Of a stretch of DNA of 52,994 nt, positions 22,373-31,831 are shown one piece after another. The stretch spans positions 1 to 52,994 of the forward strand of contig CAVPSB010000048.1 in the NCBI GenBank assembly GCA_963708025.1. Direction: 5' to 3'. The first letter of the stretch is position 1. Each line of letters begins with the position of its first letter. Source of the DNA: an uncultured Candidatus Rokubacteria bacterium. GTDB taxonomy: Bacteria; Methylomirabilota; Methylomirabilia; Rokubacteriales; DASRDR01. A program made the translations under genes and the position numbers. The notes below the pieces were generated by a model. It was not told the DNA's origin. It saw only the letters and a program-made list of their open reading frames with translations, and did not search any database.

Positions 22373-23164
22373 ATGGCGTTGACGGATCGAGTCGCGGTGG
22401 TGACGGGCGCCGGCTCCGGTATCGGCCGGGCCATCGCCCAGGCGATGGCGGCCAGAGGCGCCCGGGTGGCGGCGGTCGACATCGACGAGGCCTCCGCCCG
22501 CGAGACGGCGGCGTCGCTGGCGACGGCGGGCTACCAGGCCATCGCGGTCGGGGCGGACGTAAGCCGCGGCGCCGACGTGGACCGCGCGGTGACGGCGGCC
22601 GTGAAGGACCTCGGGCCTTTGGACGTCATGGTCAACAACGCCGGCGTCCTCGACGCCTACCTCGACGTGCACGAGATGGACGAGGCGCTCTGGCGGCGCG
22701 TGATCGACATCGATCTGACCGGCGTCTTCCTCGGCTGCAAGCGCGCCCTCCAGGAGATGTTGCCGCGCGAGAGCGGGCGCATCGTCAACATGGCCTCGGT
22801 CGCCGGCCTCAACGGGACGGGGGGCGGCGCCGCCTACATCGCGGCCAAGCACGGCGTGGTCGGGCTCACCCGGCAGATGGCGGTGGTGTACTCGGCCCGC
22901 GGGATCACGATCAACGCGGTGTGCCCGGGTCCGATCCTCACCGGCCTCCGCCGGCACTCGCAGCAGATCCTGGGACCCGGCGTGCCGGACATGAGCGGCC
23001 GGGGTGTGGCGGTGTCCGACGACCAGGTGCGGGGGCTGGTGCCGGCCGGGCGCCGGGGCACCGTGGAGGACATCGCGGCCGCCGTCTGCTACCTCGCCTC
23101 CGACGAGGCCGCCTACGTGACGGGTCACGCCCTCGTCGTCGATGGCGGGTGGCGGGCCAGGTGA
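22373..23164 (+). CDS. Short-chain dehydrogenase/reductase
   Basis: TGAGSGIG, NNAG, YIAAK; RBS GGAGG. Confidence 0.93.
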   Translation: MALTDRVAVVTGAGSGIGRAIAQAMAARGARVAAVDIDEASARETAASLATAGYQAIAVGADVSRGADVDRAVTAAVKDLGPLDVMVNNAGVLDAYLDVHEMDEALWRRVIDIDLTGVFLGCKRALQEMLPRESGRIVNMASVAGLNGTGGGAAYIAAKHGVVGLTRQMAVVYSARGITINAVCPGPILTGLRRHSQQILGPGVPDMSGRGVAVSDDQVRGLVPAGRRGTVEDIAAAVCYLASDEAAYVTGHALVVDGGWRAR

Positions 23165-23248
23165 GCGCGCCGGCCAGTCTTTCACCAGCCGGGTAGATCC
23201 GTGCCACGGTCCGGGGCGAAAGCCCCCGCCATTCGCGAGCCGTCCGGC

Positions 23249-23264
23249 TGGCACGGTGCGTGCT
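23249..23264 (+). promoter_or_regulatory. Sigma-54 promoter
   Basis: TGGCACGGTGCGTGCT (GG-N10-GC). Confidence 0.55.
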
Positions 23265-23305
23265 GAGCCCCTCGGGACCCAGACCAATCGTCCCGGGAGG
23301 CCCGA

Positions 23306-23422
23306 ATGATCGAGCTCGTCGCGTTGGGCGCGATGCTCTCCCTGGTACTCGTCGCCGTGCGGTCGGTGATGACCGCTGCACGCTGCCGCGTCAAGCGGCG
23401 GGCCGGCAGCCGCCGGGGGTGA
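23306..23422 (+). CDS. Putative 38-aa single-TM peptide (not in the ORF track)
   Basis: GGAGG RBS; MIELVALGAMLSLVLVAVRSVMTAARCRVKRRAGSRRG*. Confidence 0.45.
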   Translation: MIELVALGAMLSLVLVAVRSVMTAARCRVKRRAGSRRG

Positions 23423-23613
23423 GGACTCGGCGGCGAGCGGTGCGGTAGAGCGACCGCGCGCTCGGCGACACCGTACGGAAGCTCCCGGCTGCGGGCGGCC
23501 CGCGTCTCCCCGTCCGGGCGTTTCTTGCGGCCCTCGAACGTCTTGGGTATACTTTGGGCACTTGGGGAAACACGGGTTGACGCCGTGGAAGTGCGCCTTC
23601 CGGCGCCGAGAAC

Positions 23614-23700
23614 GCGAGAGTGGCGGAACTGGCAGACGCGCTGGACTTAGGATCCAGTGGGCGCAATCCCTTGGGGGTTCAACTCCCCCCTCTCGCACCA
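23614..23700 (+). tRNA. tRNA-Leu(TAG)
   Basis: ctgga-ctTAGga-tccag; long variable arm; CCA; upstream TTGCGG-17-TATACT promoter. Confidence 0.96.
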
Positions 23701-23817
23701 TCCTGAACGTGGCCTGAACGTGGCGCCGGGCTCACGGCGCCCTCTTTTCCGGTGTCGGCGGCACTGGACCGCGCAGGCGGAGGTCGCCGGACCCGATCGG
23801 AGTGTGACGATCCGAGC

Positions 23818-25095
23818 ATGAAGGTAGAGGTTCAGCAGCTCGAGCCCTGCAAGCGACAGCTCGTCGTCGAGGCCCCGGAGAGCGAGGTGGCGGCGGCGTG
23901 GGAGGCGGCCTACGGGCGCGTCCAGAGGGAGGCCCGGCTGCCCGGCTTCCGCCGCGGCAAGGTCCCCCGGTCGCTGGTCCGCGCCCACTTCGCCGACGAG
24001 GTGCGCCGGTCCGTCGCCGAGCAGCTGATCCCCGACGTCTACCGCCGGGCGCTCGACGAGACGCGCCTGTCGCCGGTGGAAGACCCCCAGGTCCAGGACC
24101 TCCAGCTGGAAGAGGGCCGGCCTCTCCGCTTCACCGCCGTTGTCGAGATCAAGCCCCCCATCACGCTCGGCGAGTACCGCGGGGTGAAGGTGACCCACAC
24201 GTCGGCCGCGGTGACCGACGCGGACGTGGAGGCCGCGCTGCAGAGCCTGGCCGAGCGGCACGCCACGCTGGCGACGGTGACTCGTTCGGCCCGGGTCGGC
24301 GACCACGTGATCGTGGACTACACGATCGCGCCGGAGGGCGCCGAGCCGCGGATCGAGCAGGGGTACGCCTTCGAGGTGGGCGGCGGCCGGGTGCTGCCGG
24401 AGATGGACGAGGCGGTGATGGGGCTGGCTGCCGGCGACGAGCGAGCCCTCGCGGTCCGGTTCCCCACCGAGCACCCGCGGGAGGACCTGCGGGGGAAGTC
24501 GGGCCAGCTCTCGCTCCGGGTCGTCGAGGTGAAGGAGAAGGAACTGCCCGCGCTCGACGACGACTTCGCCCGGGCGCTCGGGGGCAGCGCCCAGACGGTC
24601 GGCGAGCTGCGGGAGACGGTGCGGACGGAGCTCCAGGGCCAGCGCGAGCGCCAGAACCGCCGGGAGCGGGAAGAGGCGGTCGTCGACGCGGTGCTGGCCC
24701 ACCACGACTTCCCGATCCCCGAGACGCTCGTGCAACGTGACATCGCCCACCGGATCGGCCGCATGCAGGCGAGCCTGAGCCGGCAGGGGGTCGATCCGGC
24801 CCGGCTGGACTGGGACTACGCGAAGCTGGCGGAAGACCTGCGACCGACCGCGGTGCGCGCGGTGCGGTGGGCGCTCCTGCAAGAGGCGGTGGCCGAGCGG
24901 GAGGAGCTGACGGCGACCGACGCCGACGTCGAGGTGGAGATCGCGCGGATCGCGCGGGAATCGGGCCGGGCGCCCCAGGCGGTGCGCGCCACGCTCGAGC
25001 GCGGGGGCGACATCGAGCACCTCCGGCTGAGCCTGCGGGAAGCCAAGGTCTTGAAGCTGTTGATCGATAACGCCGAGATGCACTCGGAGTCGTAG
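23818..25095 (+). CDS. tig: Trigger factor
   Basis: [10 protein letters not shown] signature; upstream of clpP-clpX. Confidence 0.95.
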   Translation: MKVEVQQLEPCKRQLVVEAPESEVAAAWEAAYGRVQREARLPGFRRGKVPRSLVRAHFADEVRRSVAEQLIPDVYRRALDETRLSPVEDPQVQDLQLEEGRPLRFTAVVEIKPPITLGEYRGVKVTHTSAAVTDADVEAALQSLAERHATLATVTRSARVGDHVIVDYTIAPEGAEPRIEQGYAFEVGGGRVLPEMDEAVMGLAAGDERALAVRFPTEHPREDLRGKSGQLSLRVVEVKEKELPALDDDFARALGGSAQTVGELRETVRTELQGQRERQNRREREEAVVDAVLAHHDFPIPETLVQRDIAHRIGRMQASLSRQGVDPARLDWDYAKLAEDLRPTAVRAVRWALLQEAVAEREELTATDADVEVEIARIARESGRAPQAVRATLERGGDIEHLRLSLREAKVLKLLIDNAEMHSES

Positions 25096-25103
25096 GAGGT
25101 CCC

Positions 25104-25742
25104 GTGGCACTGGTACCGATGGTCGTCGAGCAGACGCCGCGCGGCGAGCGCGCGTTCGATATCTTCTCGCGCCTCCTCAAGGAGCGCATCATCTTCCTGC
25201 CGAGCTACATCGAAGACGACATGGCCAACCTGGTCATCGCCCAGCTCCTTTTCCTGGAGGCGGAGGACGCCGACAAGGACGTGTACCTGTACATCAACAG
25301 TCCGGGCGGCTCGGTGACCGCCGGGCTGGCCATCTACGACACGATGCAGTACGTCAAGCCGGCGGTCGCCACCATCTGCATGGGGCAAGCCGCCTCCATG
25401 GGGGCCCTGTTGCTGTGCGCCGGCGCCAAGGGCAAGCGCTTCGCCCTCCCGCACTCGCGGATCATGATCCACCAGCCGCTGGCCGGCGTGCAGGGCCAGG
25501 CGACCGACATCGACATCCAGGCCCGGGAGATCCTCCGCATCCGCGACGAGCTGAACCGCATCATGGTCGATCACACCGGGCAGCCGATCGAGCGGATCCA
25601 GCGCGACACCGACCGCGATTTCTTCATGACCGCCGAGCAGGCGAAGGACTACGGGCTCGTGGACCACGTCATCGCGTCCCACGTCCCGCTACTGAAGTCC
25701 GCGCAGACGATCGGCGCGGCGGGGGACGGTCGGAAAGGGTAA
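25104..25742 (+). CDS. clpP: ATP-dependent Clp protease proteolytic subunit
   Basis: YINSPGG, QAASMG, MIHQP. Confidence 0.98.
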   Translation: MALVPMVVEQTPRGERAFDIFSRLLKERIIFLPSYIEDDMANLVIAQLLFLEAEDADKDVYLYINSPGGSVTAGLAIYDTMQYVKPAVATICMGQAASMGALLLCAGAKGKRFALPHSRIMIHQPLAGVQGQATDIDIQAREILRIRDELNRIMVDHTGQPIERIQRDTDRDFFMTAEQAKDYGLVDHVIASHVPLLKSAQTIGAAGDGRKG

Positions 25743-25763
25743 GCCCGAACAGGGAGGGCATGA

Positions 25764-27018
25764 ATGGCCCGATCGCGTGAGACGAACGGGGGCGTTCTCA
25801 AGTGCTCTTTCTGCGGAAAGAGTCAGAACGACGTTCGCAAGCTGATCGCGGGACCGACCGTCTACATCTGCGACGAGTGCATCGAGCTCTGCAACGACAT
25901 CATCGCGGAGGAGTGGGAGGAGGAGCGCAGCCGCGAGATCCGCAGCCTGCCGAAGCCGGCCGAGATCAAGGCGATCCTGGACCAGTACGTGGTCGACCAG
26001 GAGCGGGCCAAGAAGATCCTGGCGGTGGCCGTCCACAACCACTACAAGCGCATCGAGGCCGGCTCCGAGTCGGGCGACGTCGAGCTGCAGAAGTCGAACA
26101 TCCTGCTGATCGGGCCGACCGGGTCGGGCAAGACGCTCCTGGCCCAGACCCTGGCCAAGGTCCTGCACGTCCCGTTCACCATCGCCGACGCCACCAGCCT
26201 GACCGAGGCCGGCTACGTGGGCGAGGACGTGGAGAACATCATCCTGCGGCTGCTCCAGGCGGCCGACTACGACGTCGAGCGGGCCGAGCGCGGCATCGTC
26301 TACATCGACGAGATCGACAAGATCGCCCGGAAGTCGGAGAACCCGTCGATCACCCGCGACGTCTCGGGCGAGGGCGTCCAGCAGGCGCTCCTGAAGATCC
26401 TGGAAGGCACGGTGGCCAACGTGCCGCCCCAGGGCGGGCCGCAAGCACCCGCACCAGGAGTTCATCCAGGTCGACACCACCAACATCCTCTTCGTCTGCG
26501 GCGGCGCGTTCGTGGGCCTCGACCGCATCATCGAGGGCCGGATCGGGAAGTCGGGGATGGGCTTCGGCGCCGACGTGAAGACCCGGGATGAGCGCAAGAT
26601 CGGCAACCTCCTGGCCATGGCCCAGCCGGAGGACCTCCTCAAGTTCGGCCTGATCCCGGAGTTCGTCGGCCGGCTGCCGGTGGTCGCCACCCTCCACGAC
26701 CTGAACGAGGCGGCGCTGGTGCGGATCCTCCGGGAGCCCAAGAACGCGATCCTCAAGCAGTACCAGAAGTACTTCGAGCTGGAGAAGGTCCGCCTGAAGT
26801 TCACCGACGATGCGGTGGTGTCGATCGCCAAGGAGGCGCTCAAGCGCGGCACCGGCGCTCGCGGGCTCCGGGCGATCCTCGAGGACATCATGCTCGACGT
26901 GATGTACGAGCTGCCCTCCATCCCGGGGCTGAACGAGTGCATCATCACGCGGGAGGTGATCCTCGGGAGCGAGCACCCGGTCCTGGTCTCCGATCAGCGC
27001 AAGGCGGAGAGCGCCTGA
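25764..27018 (+). CDS. clpX: Clp protease ATP-binding subunit; frameshift near 26435
   Basis: CSFC..CDEC zinc finger, [24 protein letters not shown]. Confidence 0.96.
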
Positions 27019-27793
27019 CCGGGGCGGGGGAGCTTTCCCCCCACCTCCGGCGCCGGGCGACGACGCGCCGCGGCCGCGCCGGATCCTCTACGTCGTCGCC
27101 ACCCCGATCGGCAACCTGGAGGACGTCTCCCTCCGGGCCCTCCGGATCCTGCGCCAGGCCGACCTGATCGCGGCCGAGGACACGCGGCGGACGCGGATCC
27201 TGCTGGCCCGGTACGGGATCGAGACCCCGACCCTCAGCTACTTCGAGCACAACAAGCTCCGCCGGGGGGCGGAGCTCATCGCCCGCCTGGAGGCCGGCGA
27301 GACCATCGCCCTCGTCACCGACGCCGGCACGCCCGGCGTCTCCGACCCGGGCTTCCACCTGGTCCGCCTGGCTCGCGAGGCGGGCATCCCGGTGGTGCCG
27401 ATCCCCGGGCCCTCGGCCGTCGTCACGGCGCTGTCCGCCTCCGGCGTGCCGGCCGACCGCTTCGTCTTCGAGGGCTTCCTGCCCGCCCGGCCCGGCCGGC
27501 GGCGGGCGCGGCTCCGGGCGTTGGCGGCGCTCGGGCGTCCGGTCGTGCTCTACGAGAGCCCGCACCGGGTCGCCGCCACCCTGGAGGCAATCGACGAGGT
27601 CTTCGGGCCGGTCGAGGTGGTGCTCGCGCGCGAGCTGACGAAGCAGTTCGAGGAGTTCCGCCGAGGACGGCCGGCCGAGCTCCTGTCCGGGCTGCCGCCG
27701 GGCGGCCTCCGGGGCGAGGTCACGCTGATCGTCAATCCCGGGGCGCCCGCCGACCCGGACGAGGTCGAGCCGGCCGGGGATCGCGAGGACTGA
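27017..27793 (+). CDS. rsmI: 16S rRNA C1402 2'-O-methyltransferase; start codon not resolved
   Basis: [40 protein letters not shown]. Confidence 0.9.
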   Translation, partial: DRGGGAFPPPPAPGDDAPRPRRILYVVATPIGNLEDVSLRALRILRQADLIAAEDTRRTRILLARYGIETPTLSYFEHNKLRRGAELIARLEAGETIALVTDAGTPGVSDPGFHLVRLAREAGIPVVPIPGPSAVVTALSASGVPADRFVFEGFLPARPGRRRARLRALAALGRPVVLYESPHRVAATLEAIDEVFGPVEVVLARELTKQFEEFRRGRPAELLSGLPPGGLRGEVTLIVNPGAPADPDEVEPAGDRED

Positions 27794-27823
27794 TATACTG
27801 AAGCGACGCCCCCAACGAGGATC

Positions 27824-28633
27824 GTGAGCCAGCATCGATCGACCGCCCCTGTTCCCCGCGCCCTGACGATCGCCGGGTCGGACTCCGGCGGAGGGGCGGG
27901 CATCCAGGCCGACCTGAAGACCTTCAGCGCCTTCCGCGTCTACGGAGCCTCCGTTCTCACCGCCGTCACCGCGCAGAATTCGGTCGGCGTCCACGGCGTG
28001 GTGAACCTTCCCCCCGAGTTCGTCGCCCGGCAGCTCGACGCGGTCCTCGGCGACATCGGGGCCGACGCGGCCAAGACCGGTATGCTCTCCACGGCGCCGA
28101 TCATCCGGGCGGTGGCCGAGCGCCTGGCCGCCCACCGGATGGCGCGCCTGGTGGTCGACCCGGTGATGCTCGCCAAGTCCGGTGACCCCCTGCTCGAGCC
28201 CGACGCCCGCCAGGCCCTGGTGGAGGCGATCCTCCCGCTGGCGCTGATCGTGACGCCGAACCTCCCGGAGGCAGCGGCGCTCGCCGAGTTCCCGGTCGCC
28301 GATCTCGACGAGATGGAGGCCGCGGCCCGGCGCATCCACGCCCGCGGGCCGGCCTGGGTCCTGGTCAAGGGCGGCCACCTCAAGGGGGACCCGGTGGACC
28401 TGCTCTTCGACGGCCGGACGGTGACGCGCCTGGCCGCGGAGCGGGTCCCGACCCCGCACACCCACGGCACCGGGTGCACCTACTCGGCCGCCATCGCGGC
28501 CGGGCTCGCCCGGGGAGCCGGGGTGCCGGAGGCCGTGGCCGAGGCCAAGCGCTACGTGACGGCCGCCATCCGCGCCGGCTTCGCCCTGGGGCGCGGCATC
28601 GGCTCGCTCCGCCACTTCATCGAGCGCTGGTGA
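27824..28633 (+). CDS. thiD: Hydroxymethylpyrimidine/phosphomethylpyrimidine kinase
   Basis: [33 protein letters not shown]. Confidence 0.95.
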   Translation: MSQHRSTAPVPRALTIAGSDSGGGAGIQADLKTFSAFRVYGASVLTAVTAQNSVGVHGVVNLPPEFVARQLDAVLGDIGADAAKTGMLSTAPIIRAVAERLAAHRMARLVVDPVMLAKSGDPLLEPDARQALVEAILPLALIVTPNLPEAAALAEFPVADLDEMEAAARRIHARGPAWVLVKGGHLKGDPVDLLFDGRTVTRLAAERVPTPHTHGTGCTYSAAIAAGLARGAGVPEAVAEAKRYVTAAIRAGFALGRGIGSLRHFIERW

Positions 28634-29388
28634 TGGCGCCAGAGACGAAGGCGATGGCGGAGGCGGACCCGGAACAGGGCAAGATGCCGTTCCTCGCCCA
28701 CCTGGGCGAGCTGCGGTACCGGATCATCGTCAGCGTCATCGCCCTCGGGGTCGGGTTCGCCATCACGTTCAGCTTCTCGGAGGCGATCATCAACTGGATC
28801 GCCCGGCCGCTGCCGGTCAAGCTGGCCTTCCTGGAGCCGACGGAGCCGTTCTGGGTCAACATGAAGGTCGCCCTGGTCTCGGGCGCCTTCCTGGTCCTCC
28901 CCGTCCTTTTGTACGAGGTGTGGGCGTTCATCGCCCCCGGGCTCCTGCCGCACGAGCGGAAGTTCGCGCTGCCCTTCGTGTTCCTCTCGACCCTCTTCTT
29001 CGCGATCGGCGCCACCTTCGCCCTGACGGTCATCGTCCCGTTCGCCGTGAGGTTTCTGGTCTCCTACAAGACCGAGAACCTGGTGGCCACGATCTCGGTC
29101 AACCGGTACGTCGACTTCGTGCTGAAGTTCACCATCGCCTTCGGGCTGGTGTTCGAGCTGCCGCTGGCCATCACGCTCGCCGCCCGCCTCGGGCTGGTGA
29201 CGCCCCAGTTCCTGGCCAAGAACCGGAAGTACGCCATCCTGCTGGCCTTCGTCGCCGCGGCGATCCTCACCCCCACCCCGGACGCGTTCAATCAGTGCCT
29301 GATGGCCGGCCCGCTGATACTCCTCTACGAGGTGGGCATCGTCGCCGCGCGGGTCTTCGGCCGCCGCCCGGCGAAGCCGACGACCTGA
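28633..29388 (+). CDS. tatC: Twin-arginine translocase subunit TatC
   Basis: HLGELRYR, FIAPGL..HE, FELP, TPTPD, LYE. Confidence 0.95.
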   Translation: MAPETKAMAEADPEQGKMPFLAHLGELRYRIIVSVIALGVGFAITFSFSEAIINWIARPLPVKLAFLEPTEPFWVNMKVALVSGAFLVLPVLLYEVWAFIAPGLLPHERKFALPFVFLSTLFFAIGATFALTVIVPFAVRFLVSYKTENLVATISVNRYVDFVLKFTIAFGLVFELPLAITLAARLGLVTPQFLAKNRKYAILLAFVAAAILTPTPDAFNQCLMAGPLILLYEVGIVAARVFGRRPAKPTT

Positions 29389-29393
29389 GCCAG

Positions 29394-30830
29394 ATGGAGT
29401 TCGCCCAGCTCGATCTGCCTCCAGCCGTCCACGAGGGCATCCGGGCCGCCGGCTTCACGACCACGACGCCGATCCAGGAGGCGGCGCTGCCCGTCGCCCT
29501 GCGCGGCAAGGACGTCGCCGGCCAGGCCCAGACCGGAACCGGCAAGACCGCCGCCTTCCTGATCTCCACGTTCACCCGTCTGCTCCGGACGCCGCCCCCG
29601 CCGGCGCGGGACGTCACCACGCCGCGGGCGCTGATCATCGCGCCCACCCGGGAGCTGGTCGTCCAGATCGACGCCGACGCCCGGCTGCTCGGCCAGTTCA
29701 CCGGGCTCCAGTCGCTGGTGGTGTTCGGCGGCGTCGACTACATCAAGCAGCGCGACGCCCTCCGGGGGCCGGTGGACATCCTGATCGGGACGCCGGGTCG
29801 CCTCATCGACTACCTGAAGCAGCGGGTGTGGTCCCCGGCGGCCGTGGAGGTCCTGATCCTGGACGAGGCCGACCGGATGTTCGACATGGGGTTCATTGCC
29901 GACATCCGGTGGATCCTGCGGCGACTGCCGCCCCCGGAGCGCCGGCAGTCCTTCCTCTTCTCGGCGACGCTGTCCTTCCGGGTCCTCGAGCTGACGTACG
30001 AGTTCATGAACAACCCGGTCCAGATCACGGTGTCGCCGGAGCAGGTGACCGTCGAGCAGGTCGAGCAGATCCTCTATCACGTCGGCCGGCACGAGAAGTT
30101 CGAGCTCCTCCTCGGCCTCCTGCGCGCCGAGGAGGGCTCGCGCAACCTCATCTTCGTCAACACGCGCGAGGAGGCCCGGCGCCTGATGGACCGCCTCGAG
30201 CGGAACGGGCATCTCGCGCGGGCCCTGACCGGCGACCTGGACCAGCGGCAGCGGCTCCGGACGCTGGCGTCCTTCAAGGAAGGGACGCTGCCGATCCTCG
30301 TGGCCACCGACGTGGCGTCCCGTGGGCTCCACATCCCCGATGTCAGCCACGTCTACAACTGGGACCTGCCCCAGGATGCCGAGGACTACGTCCACCGCAT
30401 CGGGCGGACGGCGCGGGCCGGGGCCCTGGGGAAGGCGATCAGCCTGGTGGACGAGGCGGGCGCCTTCTCGCTGGAGGGCGTGGAGCGGTTCATCGGCCAG
30501 CGAATCCGCGTCGAGTGGGCGGCCGACTCGATGTACCTGCCGGAGATCCGGCCGACGGCGGAGGAGCGGCGGCGGTACGCCGCCGAGCGGGAGGCGCGGC
30601 GGGCCGGGACGTCGGGTCGCGGGCCCCGCGACCGCCGGCCCGCCCGGCGCGGGCCCGGCGGCGCGGCTCCTGCCCGTGCGCCGGAGGCCCGGCGGGAGTC
30701 GGCCCCGGCGGTGGAGGACCGCGCCGCGCCCGGGCGCCCGCGCCGGCGCCGCCGGTCGGGCCGGCGGCGGCCCGGGGGCGCCGGTGGCACGGCCGGGCCC
30801 CCGGGAGGGGACGCGTCCCCGACCGGCTGA
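29394..30830 (+). CDS. DEAD-box RNA helicase (RhlB-like)
   Basis: AQTGTGKT, PTREL, DEAD, SAT, HRIGRTAR; basic C-terminal tail. Confidence 0.93.
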   Translation: MEFAQLDLPPAVHEGIRAAGFTTTTPIQEAALPVALRGKDVAGQAQTGTGKTAAFLISTFTRLLRTPPPPARDVTTPRALIIAPTRELVVQIDADARLLGQFTGLQSLVVFGGVDYIKQRDALRGPVDILIGTPGRLIDYLKQRVWSPAAVEVLILDEADRMFDMGFIADIRWILRRLPPPERRQSFLFSATLSFRVLELTYEFMNNPVQITVSPEQVTVEQVEQILYHVGRHEKFELLLGLLRAEEGSRNLIFVNTREEARRLMDRLERNGHLARALTGDLDQRQRLRTLASFKEGTLPILVATDVASRGLHIPDVSHVYNWDLPQDAEDYVHRIGRTARAGALGKAISLVDEAGAFSLEGVERFIGQRIRVEWAADSMYLPEIRPTAEERRRYAAEREARRAGTSGRGPRDRRPARRGPGGAAPARAPEARRESAPAVEDRAAPGRPRRRRRSGRRRPGGAGGTAGPPGGDASPTG

Positions 30831-30843
30831 CCCGGACGCGGGG

Positions 30844-31635
30844 TCAGCCGATCGGCGGGTGGCAGATCGTCGCGCCCCCGTCGACCACGAGCGTCGTCCC
30901 GGTGATCCAGGACGCCTCGTCCGAGGCGAGGAACAGCACGGCCTGCGCGATGTCCTCCGGCTGGCCGACCCGGCCCAGGGGGATGTTCTTGCCCCAGCGG
31001 GCCAGGATCTCCTCCCAGTCGTCGCCGGGCTTGAGGCGGCTCTTCGGCATCGGCGTGGCGATCCGGCCCGGGCAGACGGCGTTGACGCGGATGCCCTGGC
31101 CCGCGTAGTCGAGGGCCATGTTCTTGGTGAGCAGGTTGACCCCGCCCTTGGCCGCGTTGTAGGGCGCCATCTTGGGATCGCCCAGGATCCCCGCGACCGA
31201 GGATACGTTGACGATCGCCCCGCCGCGACCCGCCTCGACCATCCGGAGCAGGGCGAAGCGGGAGACCAGGAAGACGCCGTTGAGGTCGACGTCGAGGACC
31301 CGCTGCCAGTCCTCGATGGCGACGGAGGTGACGGAGGCGTTGCGGACCAGGATCCCGGCGTTGTTGACGAGGACGTCGATGCCGCCGAAGGCCGCGACGG
31401 TCTCGCGGACCATCCGCTCGGCGTCCTCGGGGCGGGCGACGTCGCCCTGGACCAGCGCCCCGGCGCCGCCGGCCTTCTCGACGAGCCGCACGCTCTCCTC
31501 GAGCTCGGCCCGGCGCCGTCCGGAGACCATGACCCGGGCACCTTCGCGCGCGAAGAGCTCCGCCGTGCCGCGCCCGATGCCCGTGCCGCCGCCCGTGATC
31601 AGCGCGCGCTTCCCCGCCAGCCTCATCGTCGCCAC
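30844..31635 (-). CDS. Short-chain dehydrogenase/reductase
   Basis: TGGGTGIG, NNAG, YNAAK. Confidence 0.93.
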   Translation of the reverse strand: MATMRLAGKRALITGGGTGIGRGTAELFAREGARVMVSGRRRAELEESVRLVEKAGGAGALVQGDVARPEDAERMVRETVAAFGGIDVLVNNAGILVRNASVTSVAIEDWQRVLDVDLNGVFLVSRFALLRMVEAGRGGAIVNVSSVAGILGDPKMAPYNAAKGGVNLLTKNMALDYAGQGIRVNAVCPGRIATPMPKSRLKPGDDWEEILARWGKNIPLGRVGQPEDIAQAVLFLASDEASWITGTTLVVDGGATICHPPIG

Positions 31636-31765
31636 CTCCGGCGCTCTGGACCTCGTCCCCTCGCGCGACCCGATGGTGTCGGAGCGTATGCCGGGACCCG
31701 CGCGCTGTCAACGGCGGACCCTTCACATGTCAGCAACACGCCGGCCCGCCCGACCCGCCGGGCCG

Positions 31766-31808
31766 CTTGACACGCCGGGAGCCCCGGCGTAGCGTGGCGC
31801 CATCCCGC
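31766..31808 (+). promoter_or_regulatory. Promoter copy 1 with palindromic spacer
   Basis: TTGACA-cgccgggagccccggcg-TAGCGT-ggcgccatcccgc. Confidence 0.7.
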
Positions 31809-31831
31809 GGCTCGGATCACCGGCATCCCCA

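Noticed and set aside
27790-27824. TPP riboswitch before thiD
   Set aside because: The intergenic gap is only about 30 bp and lacks the motifs.
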